From assembly GCA_963782525.1 (NCBI GenBank), contig CAWAKC010000003.1:192001-256000 (forward strand): DNA of 64,000 nt. Reading direction: 5' to 3'. Source of the DNA: Candidatus Bathyarchaeota archaeon (GTDB lineage Archaea; Thermoproteota; Bathyarchaeia; Bathyarchaeales; Bathycorpusculaceae). The notes under the pieces are model-generated. The model did not search any database and was not told where the DNA came from. It saw only the letters and a list, made by a program, of their open reading frames with translations. The position numbers and the translations under genes are program-made. This document shows, piece by piece, positions 19,703-30,184 of the stretch; positions within the stretch are counted from its first letter, which is position 1, and each line of letters starts with the position of its first letter.

Positions 19703-20414
19703 CTAATAAGCACAATCAACATTTCAGTTTTTCCTAAGCAACAAAGAATCATCACAAGCATTCCAAGTAATCCAGATGGTTTTTTTCTGATAAGGGCAAG
19801 TTACCTAGACGACTCGTTATGCTAATCATTGAACAGTTGGTGAATGGAGGAAAATATTGCGCTTGTAGCACATTACAACAAGAAAAAAGATTTGCTTACT
19901 CTGATTATTGTGGCAGTTCTTGGTTTGGCAAAGGTTTCTTCTTTGTCAGGTCCTGTTGTGCCTTAGTTAAGTCTTTGAAGCCGTAGGTTCCAACTGGCGA
20001 CCAACCTGCTTCCGGCATAACCCCTGGCACTAACATGATTGTGTTTGTTTGCGATTGCTGACTTAACACGCAGAGCAAAAAACCAAAAACGTACCAAGAG
20101 GCAGGAGTATGAGTTGAAGTATATTGCCTACGCTTTTTGAAATCGCAAGGCAACTCGTAGATTCTATTCCCATTTGCCGTTTGTTTGCTTAAACTGCATC
20201 TGAACCACACGGCAATCCTCACACCAAATCCGCTACATCTTCAAAACAGATTCGCCCTGGTACGCCGCGCTTTTTTTGCCCTGGTGGCAAGTACAAGGGA
20301 GTTGAAAACTGTGTGTTTGATCCTTTAATTTGAACGGTTAAAAGCGAGCGCTAAGCGCACATAATATCGTAATTTATGCCCAATATTGCAAAATAACCTC
20401 AAATTAAGGTTATT

Positions 20415-20491
20415 TGGTGCCGAGGGCAGGGTTTGAACATGCGACGACTCGGTCTTCAGCCGAGCGCTCTCCCAGGCTGAGCTACCTCGGC
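20415..20491 (-). tRNA. tRNA-Phe(GAA), CCA encoded
   Basis: GCCGAGG acceptor, CTCGG-CTGAAGA-CCGAG anticodon arm; one T-stem mismatch (GCATG/CCTGC). Confidence 0.92.
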
Positions 20492-20804
20492 ACATTTTGA
20501 TGGACTTTCCGATATACCTCGGGATATTCCACTTTCGGGAGAGTCGAAACATTTACGCCTTCTGAGGAATATTAAGTTATCTTTTTGACAAGCCCATTCG
20601 AAACTAACTTCAAGCGCCATTTTTCCCAAGCTCACAAATATGAAATAGACACCAGTCGCTTGCTCTTGGCTAAAACTTTTTAGGTTCGTTCTTACTTTAT
20701 AATATTTTTGCAGCAGTTCTTGATGCAAACGCAACTTTCTGCTTAAAGTTAATTTTAAAAACTCTGGATTTTAAGAACTGCCACATATAAAGAAGGAAAA
20801 AAAA

Positions 20805-23528
20805 ATGTCTAAAAAAACAATTTTCGGAAAAGCCAATCTAAAAGAAAACAAAAAAACGATATTCTCAGCCTTTTTCATTGCGTTATTGACTCTAAGCCTC
20901 ACCGCAGTTTTATCACCATATGCTACTGCGCACAATCCACCTATTTCAATCCCAAATTACGTATACATCAGTGCATTCCCTAACCCCGACGGAGTTGGTC
21001 AACCAATTAGCTTATTTGCATGGAGTGCAACTTATCCGCCGACTGCACAAGGAGAATTCGGTGACCGTTGGGAAAACTTGACGATAAATGTCATATTGCC
21101 AAATGGCTCCAACGCAACCTTAGGACCCTACGAATCAGACCCTGTAGGCACAATTTTCGCGTCGTATATTCCCACTGATCCCGGCAACTATACCTTCCAG
21201 TTCCATATGCCCGCCTATAAAATGGTAGGTTACAACCCACAGTACCCCGTAACACCACCTAACCAGGTAACAGGTTCACAATACATCAACGATACTTTCC
21301 AAGAGGCATGGTCTGCACCTGTCACAGTTCAAGTGACCACCGAGCAGGTTCCACCTGCGCCGAATTATCCGTTGCCAACTGACTACTGGTCTACTCCAAT
21401 AAGTCAACCTGGGCACCAATCCTGGCAATATGTCACGGGCAACTGGCTCTCCGCTCCGATACCTGGCGCTGCCGTAAATGATTACTCGCAGCCACCGACA
21501 ACTGCCCACATTCTCTGGACGAGGCCAATTAACTTTGGGGGCGTTGGCGGTCAACCAACTGCTATTGATTCCGGCGGCGACAACTACTACTCATATCTTT
21601 CATACGAAGGCATGTTCAATCCCCCAATCCTGATGAACGGGCGACTCTACTACAACACACCTAATCCGCCAGAATATGGTTTCCAATGCGTCGATTTGCA
21701 AACAGGACAACAAATCTGGTACAATAACGGCACACAGGATCCTTTAGCATTAGGAAACATAAATGTGGGCTTCGGTTTTGCCAAACAGAACTATCCGCAA
21801 CTAAGCTTTGGACAAGAACTCGACTATGAATCTCCAAACCAGCATGGTTTAATCAGCTATCTTTGGGCTACTTACACAGCTAAGAACGGCTCAAACGTTT
21901 GGGCAATGTATGACCCATTCAGCGGTAACTGGATATGCGACATAGTAGGCGTTCCAGCATCTTCAGCATTTTTCGGAGCCTCAAGCCAGATCACAGACCA
22001 AATTGGCAGCTTCCTTATCTTTAGTGCATCAGCAGACTTTAAAACTATGACTGTATGGAACAGCACCCAATGCATACAAAACACCAATCCATCGATGGCA
22101 CAAACTAACGGTTATTGGATGTGGCGTCCACCATTAGGAGGACTCATACCTGCAAGCACAGGAACAACGATCTATAACACCACAGGTATACCGGTAGCTT
22201 TCCAAAAAACAGCAATCGGAATTTTTGGACCAAGCAATGCCATGGGTTTGAGTCTTTTAGGAGTTGATGCACAAAAACAAATCGCGATTTATAGCAACGC
22301 TACAGCAATTTTAGGCATGGCTAGTTTTCCCCAACCAAACGCTATCGCATCTATGGGTATCAGTATAGCTCCCGAAAGCATGGGCACCTATCTATGGAGC
22401 AACGTTCAGTCGTATCCAGCGGGTAACATTACTCTCTTAAGCGGCTTTGTAGGTGACGGAGCTTACACTCTCTACGAAAAAGAAACAACCACATGGTTAG
22501 CTTACAACTCAACTACTGGCGCCTACATGTGGACTTCGCAAACGCCTGAAGTTAGTCTTCACTCCTACGGCGTTACGGGTGGCATCTATAACAATGTACT
22601 CTACAGCGGCGATTCAATCGGCGAAGGCGGCACAATCTACGCATATGAAATAACCAACGGAAACATGCTTTGGCAGACAACGCCCGTCAGTATGGGCAAC
22701 ACAGGCTATTGGGATTATGTACCCCAAAGCGTTGGAACATTCGCAGCAGGTAACATATACTGGTATGGCTCAGAACACAGCCCAGGACCCAACCTGGAAT
22801 CAGGATTCAAGATAGGCGCTACAAACGCTTCAACCGGCGAACCGCTCTGGAATATAACTTGCTGGAGTTCAGGCGGCGGCATAGGTACAGGGCTTCCAAT
22901 TGCAAGCCAATATATGACAGTGCTTAATGCTTATGACAACCAAATCTACTGTTTCAGCAGAGGACCAACCGCAACCATACTGCAAACTCCCTTAACCGAA
23001 GTGGCTTCTGGACAAGGACTAATAATTCAGGGAGCAGTGATGGATACCTCTGCAGGCACCAAACAAACTGCAATCGCCTCCCGTTTCGCAAATGGTGTTC
23101 CAGCTGTCTCTGATAATGATCAGACGCCATGGATGGAATACGTGTACATGCAGAATCCGAAGCCGACATCTGTTACAGGCATATCAGTGACCCTAACATT
23201 CATCGACTCTAACGGCAACTTACACCAAGATACTGTTACAACTGACGGTGCAAGCGGTACATTCAGTTACGTTGTGCCTTCCAACATGATTCCTGTTGCA
23301 GGGAGATACATAGTTATAGCGTCTTTTGATGGAACCCACGCGTATGCATCTTCAAGCGCTCAATCGAGTCTTCTCATAGGGAGCAGCGCGGCAGCAACGC
23401 CGACACCTACCCCAACTGGTCCATCAACACTTGTCGATACATACTTCCTACCTGCTGTTATAGCCATAATCGTCATTCTCGTAGTGGGCATTGCCCTGAT
23501 TATGCTGATGCTTAGAAGACGACCATAA
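20805..23528 (+). CDS. Large PQQ-type beta-propeller cell-surface protein
   Basis: Signal peptide, PNPDGVGQ, PLPTDYWSTPI, TAHILWTRP, NAYDNQIYCF, GVPAVSD, C-terminal TM plus RRRP. Confidence 0.85.
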   Translation: MSKKTIFGKANLKENKKTIFSAFFIALLTLSLTAVLSPYATAHNPPISIPNYVYISAFPNPDGVGQPISLFAWSATYPPTAQGEFGDRWENLTINVILPNGSNATLGPYESDPVGTIFASYIPTDPGNYTFQFHMPAYKMVGYNPQYPVTPPNQVTGSQYINDTFQEAWSAPVTVQVTTEQVPPAPNYPLPTDYWSTPISQPGHQSWQYVTGNWLSAPIPGAAVNDYSQPPTTAHILWTRPINFGGVGGQPTAIDSGGDNYYSYLSYEGMFNPPILMNGRLYYNTPNPPEYGFQCVDLQTGQQIWYNNGTQDPLALGNINVGFGFAKQNYPQLSFGQELDYESPNQHGLISYLWATYTAKNGSNVWAMYDPFSGNWICDIVGVPASSAFFGASSQITDQIGSFLIFSASADFKTMTVWNSTQCIQNTNPSMAQTNGYWMWRPPLGGLIPASTGTTIYNTTGIPVAFQKTAIGIFGPSNAMGLSLLGVDAQKQIAIYSNATAILGMASFPQPNAIASMGISIAPESMGTYLWSNVQSYPAGNITLLSGFVGDGAYTLYEKETTTWLAYNSTTGAYMWTSQTPEVSLHSYGVTGGIYNNVLYSGDSIGEGGTIYAYEITNGNMLWQTTPVSMGNTGYWDYVPQSVGTFAAGNIYWYGSEHSPGPNLESGFKIGATNASTGEPLWNITCWSSGGGIGTGLPIASQYMTVLNAYDNQIYCFSRGPTATILQTPLTEVASGQGLIIQGAVMDTSAGTKQTAIASRFANGVPAVSDNDQTPWMEYVYMQNPKPTSVTGISVTLTFIDSNGNLHQDTVTTDGASGTFSYVVPSNMIPVAGRYIVIASFDGTHAYASSSAQSSLLIGSSAAATPTPTPTGPSTLVDTYFLPAVIAIIVILVVGIALIMLMLRRRP

Positions 23529-23873
23529 AACAGCGATGTAGTCATAAAAATTTCCCTCTTTTTTTATTTTAGACCGAAAGTACTCCTTGTTTATCAAGAA
23601 ATTGGTAGCTCTTTTGCTTTTAATTGTTAGATCTGCAGCGGTTTAGGGATTGGACCATTTAATGTATGAAGTATGTTAAATGGGTTAAAATGTAGCCAGC
23701 TGACGCGCTGACAAAAAAGCAAACGAAAATCAACAAACCATCGTGCTTGTGTTCTACAAATCCCTCGTATTCTTCATGCTTACTCAAGTTGGGTTCCCTT
23801 AAGTTAATAGTTTTAGTGCTTGTTAAGTAAAGGTTTTATGAAGGAAACCTATGTATTCACAATCCCCAGATAG

Positions 23874-23947
23874 GGGCCGTTAGTCTAGCTGGCTAGGACG
23901 TCGCCCTCACGCGGCGAAGATCACCGGTTCAAATCCGGTACGGCCCA
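23874..23947 (+). tRNA. tRNA-Val(CAC)
   Basis: GGGCCGT/ACGGCCC acceptor, TCGCC-CTCACGC-GGCGA anticodon arm, ACCGG-TTCAAAT-CCGGT T-arm; CCA not encoded. Confidence 0.96.
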
Positions 23948-24181
23948 TTTTCATAGCTATTTTGCTGTAAATTCGAGAAAAATCCCATTTGTGCGTTTAA
24001 TAATTGTGGACTAATTGACTAATTTCTATATTTGTTTTCATAAAACAGCTTTAGTTAATACGGGCTCAGCCCTCAACAGGGATGGGCCCAGTAGAAACCT
24101 GCCCGACTCTGGGTTTGAGCCCTTTGGTTCTAGAAATAGCGCACTGACTTGTCCCAAAATTGAAAAGTTTATAACTAGACC

Positions 24182-25307
24182 TTGCACATAAGGACTCAGG
24201 AATCGCTTGCAGATGGAAAAAAACAGCACAATTTACTTAAATTATTGAAAACTATTCTTGGAACTTACATTATTTTAGCTATTTTAATAGCGGGTATTAA
24301 TTATGGATATGCAAGCGTAGCCCCTAAAAACATTGCCTCAATTATTAATTGGGTTTGGTTGGTCTACGAAAACTGGATAAAGACAGCCTTTATTCTAATC
24401 GGCTCGTTTTTGACCTTAAAAATCATCGGTTCTTCAAAGAGAACAACCATGAGGAAAACAAATCTCATCGGTTTTATAATCGCGGCTTTAACCGTACATG
24501 TTGTTACTCCGCTGCTTGTTAACAATTATGACCTTTACTTTTACGCTATGCCCCTACCATGGACAACCACGCCGCTACAATTACTAAACACTAATTCATC
24601 GCTATATCACAGCACTATAACATCATGGGGAAGTAGCGGAATCCTATCAGCTTTAACCTTCTTCACCGCGATTAGCCTTGTAGTATTGATTGGAACGCTG
24701 CTTTACGATAGCCGATTCCAATGCTCCTCAATCTGTCTTTTCAATGGATTTGCCGCTGAGGTTTTTGACCCCGCAATTCCATTACTTGGCAAACGAAGGA
24801 AAATTAAATCCAGAACACTCCGATTTATGAGTATTCTTAGATGGGTATTTCTTGGAATTGCATTATTATTTATCGTATATTGGGCATTATACCTACTTGG
24901 AGTAGCTGTCATACCTAATATCGGTATAATAGCGAAAATTGAATCGTACAAATATCTTGTCGGAGAGCTTTTGTTGTCTTTGTTTTTCTGGATTGCTTTC
25001 ATTGGTAGAGGCTACTGCTATTATTGTCCGTTGGGAAACGGTATTGAGTGGATTTGCCAGAATAGCTGGTCAGAAAATAGTCACTAACAACACAAAATGT
25101 GTACAATGTAACAAATGCAATGAGACTTGTCCAATGTCCATTGATATCAAAGGCAAAGCAATCAATGGTAAGATCGTTCAAGATATCCGATGCGTAGGTT
25201 GTGGTCACTGCGTTGATGAATGCCCAACAATGAATCTTAGTTATTCAACAAAGTTTACAGAACGCATTAAGTCTAAGAAAACACCTGTGCAAATCGTTAA
25301 GAAATAA
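24182..25307 (+). CDS. Membrane 4Fe-4S binding protein (NapH/MauN-like), frameshift at ~25036
   Basis: Multiple TMs; CSSICL and RGYCYYCPLG; next frame has CVQCNKCNETCP and CVGCGHCVDECP. Confidence 0.85.
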
Positions 25308-25357
25308 CATCTGTCCCGACTCCATCTTACCCTGGATTGGGAGTATTATCTCACTTT

Positions 25358-25889
25358 TCAGCGACCAGTTTTATTATCATGGTATTCTACTTCGATTGCA
25401 ACTTCGTTTCTTCGCAAGAATCCTGGAATAAAAGGCGGATTGTAAAGCATTGTGAACACGTTTCCTTTTGTTTTGATTTTTTCTTTAGCCAGCTCGTTTA
25501 GTAGTTCTTGTGTTTCTTTTTCAAAATGTGACTCTGACCAACCGCCAGAAAAACATAAGGCGGCAATGAGTCTTTCTGGGATTTCAGCAATTTTCACCCT
25601 TGTATCTAAGGGTTCGGGTGTGGTTTCTATGGTGAATTCTTTTGGCATTACAAACGCCATTGTTCCCGTTTCTGAAAGGACGGGTGATGTCATTTGGATC
25701 TCTTGAGATACAACTGGAGCTGTCATTTTCACTTTGACTTTTTGCCTATTCTCTCCCGGTTATGAACCTGTAAAGTAGATTGAACCCATTTGACGGGTCT
25801 TCGACTTTGGCTACAATAATTTTGGGGTACCTGCGTATCTCTACTTTGTCTATTTCATGTATGATCTCATATCTTATCGTTTCAACCAT
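25358..25889 (-). CDS. SOUL heme-binding protein, frameshift at ~25757
   Basis: VEIRRYP, MTAPV/MTSPV, MAFVMP, YNPPFIPGFLRRNEV. Confidence 0.88.
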
Positions 25890-25976
25890 ACCTTCACGCT
25901 CATTTTGAATAATTGGTTTCCAATTATTTTGGCTGCTCAAAGCTTAAAAATGTATTAAAAAAAGAAAAGGAAGGGG

Positions 25977-26807
25977 TTAGAAGGGTCTGAATAGACCAAC
26001 AAACACTAACCAAACTAGAAACGTTTTCGCTACGAAACTAAGGACAATGTAGGTTCTTTCTCCATAAAGATAGTCTCTCCATCGTCCAACAGCCTTGTAC
26101 TGCAAAACTTGATTGACCGCAAAACTCATGAAAAGCGCCAGATATACAACGAATATCACATAAACGAAGTTTGGAACATTGCCTCCACTTGAGGCTACAG
26201 CGCCTCCGAAGTAGGCAAACAGGACAACCCAGGGAAAACCGCCGGATATGCATCCTAAAATAAACGATGACCAGTTTGTTTTCTCCGTTTTCTGATTAAC
26301 CAACTCCATGAGATATCCAAACATTATCATCATAGCGTTCAAAACAAATATCATTGCTAGCGACCAGAAATCCCAGATCCCAACGAAAGTAGCAATTATC
26401 CAGATCATTATCGAACTTGAAAAAGCGTATTCGAACCAGCGATAGGGGTTCATGCCTTTTTTGAGGTTTTCATTGTATGATTTATTCTTTGGAAAAGCTA
26501 CTGTGAAATGTGCAAATGCAGAGATAAGCGGGAAAGCGGCAAGTAGCAATCCTAGATGAGTGACGGTGAAGAGAACCTGCGGGTTTGGCGCTGCAAAAAA
26601 TGCGGGAGTTGTTGGACTGACATGGGCAAACGTGAGGTAGAATGTGTATATGTCTGTGCCTTTGGGCCAAGTTAATAGAAATGTCAATGCCAGAATGATA
26701 ATGCCGTTTATCAACTGTAGGGTGCCTGCACCTATGTTGAATTTTTTTAGGTATCCAAGAGAGATAGGCGATTTGGCAATTATTTCCTGTCTTTCTTTGT
26801 AATTTAT
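25977..26807 (-). CDS. heR: Heliorhodopsin
   Basis: SAFAHF, NPYRWFEYAFSSSIMI, MIMFGYLME, YLYGERTYIVLSFVAKT (retinal Lys); N-terminus extends in frame to an ATA at 26807 after AGGAGG. Confidence 0.93.
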   Translation of the reverse strand: MNYKERQEIIAKSPISLGYLKKFNIGAGTLQLINGIIILALTFLLTWPKGTDIYTFYLTFAHVSPTTPAFFAAPNPQVLFTVTHLGLLLAAFPLISAFAHFTVAFPKNKSYNENLKKGMNPYRWFEYAFSSSIMIWIIATFVGIWDFWSLAMIFVLNAMMIMFGYLMELVNQKTEKTNWSSFILGCISGGFPWVVLFAYFGGAVASSGGNVPNFVYVIFVVYLALFMSFAVNQVLQYKAVGRWRDYLYGERTYIVLSFVAKTFLVWLVFVGLFRPF

Positions 26808-26942
26808 AATTATTCCTCCTTTCTACTCTTGTCTATCGGTATCTTGGATTAATTAGATTAACTGTTGCCTCAGAGCCTGAGCAGTGCCGCAAATGAAAAA
26901 TTTATATTCAACAGTATTTTCATATGATTCAGGTGTCAAATT

Positions 26943-27116
26943 TTGTCGAAAGTTCAACCTCATCCGGGTCATGAAAATCACCTCTGCAAAATGGTAGAGG
27001 ACAAAGTACCAATAGAAAAGATTAAGCCACTTGTGAAAGATGCGAAATACATCTGCAAAGGATGCATGCGCACAGCTGCCAAAGCAGAAAACCTCTGCGC
27101 CCCAGAAAAGCTCTAA
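26943..27116 (+). CDS. Small Cys/His metal-binding protein (57 aa, not in ORF track)
   Basis: MSKVQPHPGHENHLCKMVEDKVPIEKIKPLVKDAKYICKGCMRTAAKAENLCAPEKL; AGGTG RBS; T-rich terminator. Confidence 0.75.
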   Translation: MSKVQPHPGHENHLCKMVEDKVPIEKIKPLVKDAKYICKGCMRTAAKAENLCAPEKL

Positions 27117-27181
27117 ACATCTTTTCTTTTTTTTGTATCAAGTGAGAAGCTTAGTGAAATTTGTTGGCTTTTTTGTTTTAG

Positions 27182-27988
27182 CTATGATACTTTTCGTCTG
27201 AACAATAAGATGCTGGCGCCTAAGCTTAGCACACCAACGATGAATATTGCGATTAGTGCGTATTCTATTTTTTGCCAGACCAAACCATTTATGATTAAGG
27301 ATTGAAACGCCTCAGCTATGTAGGTGAAGGGGTTAACGTTTGCGACTTGCTGTACCCAACTTGGCAGCAGTCCGATTGGCATTACTGATGCCGATAAGAA
27401 TAGCAGTGGAAAAGTAGTTAACAAGCCCACTGAGAGTGTGGTTTCTGCGTTCTTTGTGTTTAGAGCCACAAACAGGGATATACCAGACCAGGCAACTCCA
27501 AATAAGGCTGCTAAAATGAAAATTACTATCGCGCCAACGATACCTGAAGCTATGTTTACGCCCAAGGCTAAACCGATAACTAATATTATGGCCACCTGGA
27601 GAACTGTAGTAAGTGCGCTGCTGAAGAGTCTGCCAAACAAGATTGAGGATTTGTTAATTGGAGCTACTCTCATTTTATCCATAAAACCGCTATCAAAATC
27701 ATTAACTAAACCAAGACCGGTGTTAAGGGCGGAAGAAGCTATGGTTTGTATTATGACGGCAGCAGTGAAGAAAGTAATGTAACTACTAGTGCCTGTAAGC
27801 AACTTAAATGAAGGAATGTTTCCGATCGCTGAGAAGGCTTGTGTAAAAAGCAAGAACCATACTAACGGTTGAATAAGGTTAAAGAAGATCAAGATAGGTT
27901 GACGAAGTAATTTCTTGTTCCAACGAGAGAAAATCGCTACGATTTCGGAAAGCATTTCTATCATTTTTATCTTCTCCTTCTTCCCCAT
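27182..27988 (-). CDS. ABC-2 type exporter permease (DrrB-like)
   Basis: Six TMs; QPLVWFLLF, LPSWVQQVANVNPFTY. Confidence 0.92.
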   Translation of the reverse strand: MGKKEKIKMIEMLSEIVAIFSRWNKKLLRQPILIFFNLIQPLVWFLLFTQAFSAIGNIPSFKLLTGTSSYITFFTAAVIIQTIASSALNTGLGLVNDFDSGFMDKMRVAPINKSSILFGRLFSSALTTVLQVAIILVIGLALGVNIASGIVGAIVIFILAALFGVAWSGISLFVALNTKNAETTLSVGLLTTFPLLFLSASVMPIGLLPSWVQQVANVNPFTYIAEAFQSLIINGLVWQKIEYALIAIFIVGVLSLGASILLFRRKVS

Positions 27989-28992
27989 CCACCTGTTGTT
28001 TGCTTGCGTTCCACTACATTCAACGTTTTTCCTGTAAGCTTTAGGAAGACTTCATCAAGAGTGGGAGCTGAAAGGTTGAGTTGTTCCACATTGATTCCAG
28101 CTCCATCCAAAGCTCTTACTACCTGCGTGACCAATGCGGAACCATTCTTAGTCATTATTGTTAAGCCGTTTTCAGCAGCTAACCCGTCTCCACATTTACC
28201 CACTGCTTCGATTCCTTGCAATTTTGCCATCGACTCCTTGGCTTTTTGGCAGCCTTCAAGATCATCTGCTTTAAAGCGAAGCGTGATCTTATCTGCTCCA
28301 ACTTGAGCCTTGAGTTCTGCGGGTGTCCCTTCAGCTACTATCTTACCTTGGTCGACTATGCATAATCGGTTAGCTAACCGATCTGCCTCTTCCATGTACT
28401 GTGTCGTAAGGAAAATTGTCATACCTTCTCGATTTAGTTTAACTATGTATTCCCAGATGTCTTGTCTACTCTGAGGATCTAACCCTGTTGTCGGTTCATC
28501 TAAGAACAGAACTTTTGGATCTGAGACCAAGGATGAGGCTAAGTCCAGTCGTTTTCTCATTCCCCCCGAAAACGTTTTCAATCGTCGATCTGCAGCTTCA
28601 GCAAGACGGATAGTTTGCAGAAGCTCCTTTACCTTGGTTTCTGCTTTTTCCTTTGGTATATGGTGAAAGCTGCATTGGAGCATAAGGTTCTCTCGTGCCG
28701 TAAGATCGTCATCTACTCCTACTTCCTGAGAGGAATAACCTATTATTCGTCTAACTTTTACCTGATCAGCGTCAACGTCTAATCCGTCGATTGTGGCTTT
28801 TCCAGAGGTTTTTTCCAGCAATGTTGTGAGAATTTTAATGGTTGTGCTTTTGCCAGCCCCATTTGGGCCCAAGAAACCGAAAATCTCTCCTTCTTTAACG
28901 GTAAATGATATGCCGTCTACAGCAATTACGTTTTTTCCGTAAGTCTTATGCAGATTATCAACTATTACAATATCTTTCACGCTAAAAGCCAC
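27967..28992 (-). CDS. ABC exporter ATP-binding protein (DrrA-like)
   Basis: GPNGAGKST, FSGGM, LFLDEPTTGLDP, LTTQYMEEAD, C-terminal PTLDEVFLKLTG. Confidence 0.95.
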   Translation of the reverse strand: MAFSVKDIVIVDNLHKTYGKNVIAVDGISFTVKEGEIFGFLGPNGAGKSTTIKILTTLLEKTSGKATIDGLDVDADQVKVRRIIGYSSQEVGVDDDLTARENLMLQCSFHHIPKEKAETKVKELLQTIRLAEAADRRLKTFSGGMRKRLDLASSLVSDPKVLFLDEPTTGLDPQSRQDIWEYIVKLNREGMTIFLTTQYMEEADRLANRLCIVDQGKIVAEGTPAELKAQVGADKITLRFKADDLEGCQKAKESMAKLQGIEAVGKCGDGLAAENGLTIMTKNGSALVTQVVRALDGAGINVEQLNLSAPTLDEVFLKLTGKTLNVVERKQTTGGWGRRRR

Positions 28993-29035
28993 CGTTAGAC
29001 TGAATAATTAAAAAAAATAAGGTATTTTTACCTTA

Positions 29036-29452
29036 CTACTTGGGCATTAAAACTTTGTCGATCACATGGATAACGCCGTTGTCTGTAGCAATGTCTGCTT
29101 TAACTATTTCGGCGTCGTTTATCTTCACATTCTTGTGCATATGCCACTTAGATGCGTCGACTTTTAGATCTTGACCTTGTAGCGTAGTTAGTTTTTGATG
29201 TTGTACTACATCGCTTGCCGGAACGTTTCCAGCCACGACATGGTATGTTAGAACAGCCGTCAACTTTGGAATGTCTTTCAATAGACCATCAACTGTGCCC
29301 ATAGGCAATTTTGCAAATGCTTCGTCATTTGGTGCAAAAACCGTAAAAGGACCTGTGCCTTTTAATGTGTCAACTAAATTTGCTGCTGTTACAGCCGCTA
29401 CAAGAGTTTTGAATGTACCTGCCGCTACTGCGGTATCAACTATATCTGCCAT
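29036..29452 (-). CDS. Fasciclin (FAS1) domain protein
   Basis: [34 protein letters not shown]. Confidence 0.96.
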   Translation of the reverse strand: MADIVDTAVAAGTFKTLVAAVTAANLVDTLKGTGPFTVFAPNDEAFAKLPMGTVDGLLKDIPKLTAVLTYHVVAGNVPASDVVQHQKLTTLQGQDLKVDASKWHMHKNVKINDAEIVKADIATDNGVIHVIDKVLMPK

Positions 29453-29746
29453 AAAAATTCATCTCTTACTGTTTATAGGCTATACCACTAGTTAAGGATT
29501 CATTAAGTTGTGGACTCACACTAACACTTTTTGCGTCTTTTTTGATTTATGGGGAAAAAACTGCAGAGGAACTTGGCGTTAATACATTCCCGAGACTGGG
29601 GTAGAACTAGTAAAAGTTGAGCCTGAGAAAAATCGAATTAATCGATATGTCTTTAAAAAAAACAGGCTTCAGCCCACGGCAAACACTCAACGTGAACTAA
29701 TTTCTTTAAGCATATTAATCGGAGTTTAAAATAAGCTGTATTTCAA

Positions 29747-30025
29747 CTATTTGTTTGCATCCAGCTTTCCAAACCAACGCGAACGCCAACTTAAAACTTC
29801 CATCATTTGGCGTTCCAATTCCTCGTATCGATTCTTGTACTCTTCGTCTAGCCATTTGTGGGGTAGTTCATATTCAAACTCAATTGATGGAAAATCGTTA
29901 TTTGCTTCGTGCAAAACGTCCCGAATATACTCAGGAGGAACAATCTTGCTGGGTAAGTAGGGATCGACAATTGTTTTCTCTAATTTTCCTTTGATCATTT
30001 TTGTTTTCTCTATATGGAATGTCAT
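29747..30025 (-). CDS. Hypothetical protein
   Basis: 92 aa; shares EA..(D/E)FP...W..(R/K)W pattern with 38469-38639. Confidence 0.6.
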   Translation of the reverse strand: MTFHIEKTKMIKGKLEKTIVDPYLPSKIVPPEYIRDVLHEANNDFPSIEFEYELPHKWLDEEYKNRYEELERQMMEVLSWRSRWFGKLDANK

Positions 30026-30184
30026 CCGAATAATCTAATATTTCTTATGTTTATCCACCTCGCTTTGAGGAGAAATTGGCAAGTTTTTTTTTAATTTCTA
30101 CCGTTTCAACGTAAAAATTGGCAAGTCACTAACAGTTCCGCAATCAAACCTGAGCTGCTGACTCTCAATAGTTTTAGTGTTAAA

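Noticed and set aside
19905-20222. 105-aa ORF between cdvC and tRNA-Phe
   Set aside because: No motif or clear RBS; at most a short C-terminal peptide could be real, so it is not supportable.
9313-20415. Calling the tRNA-Phe segment a provirus
   Set aside because: No integrase, capsid, packaging ATPase or replication gene is recognisable, so it is reported only as an island.
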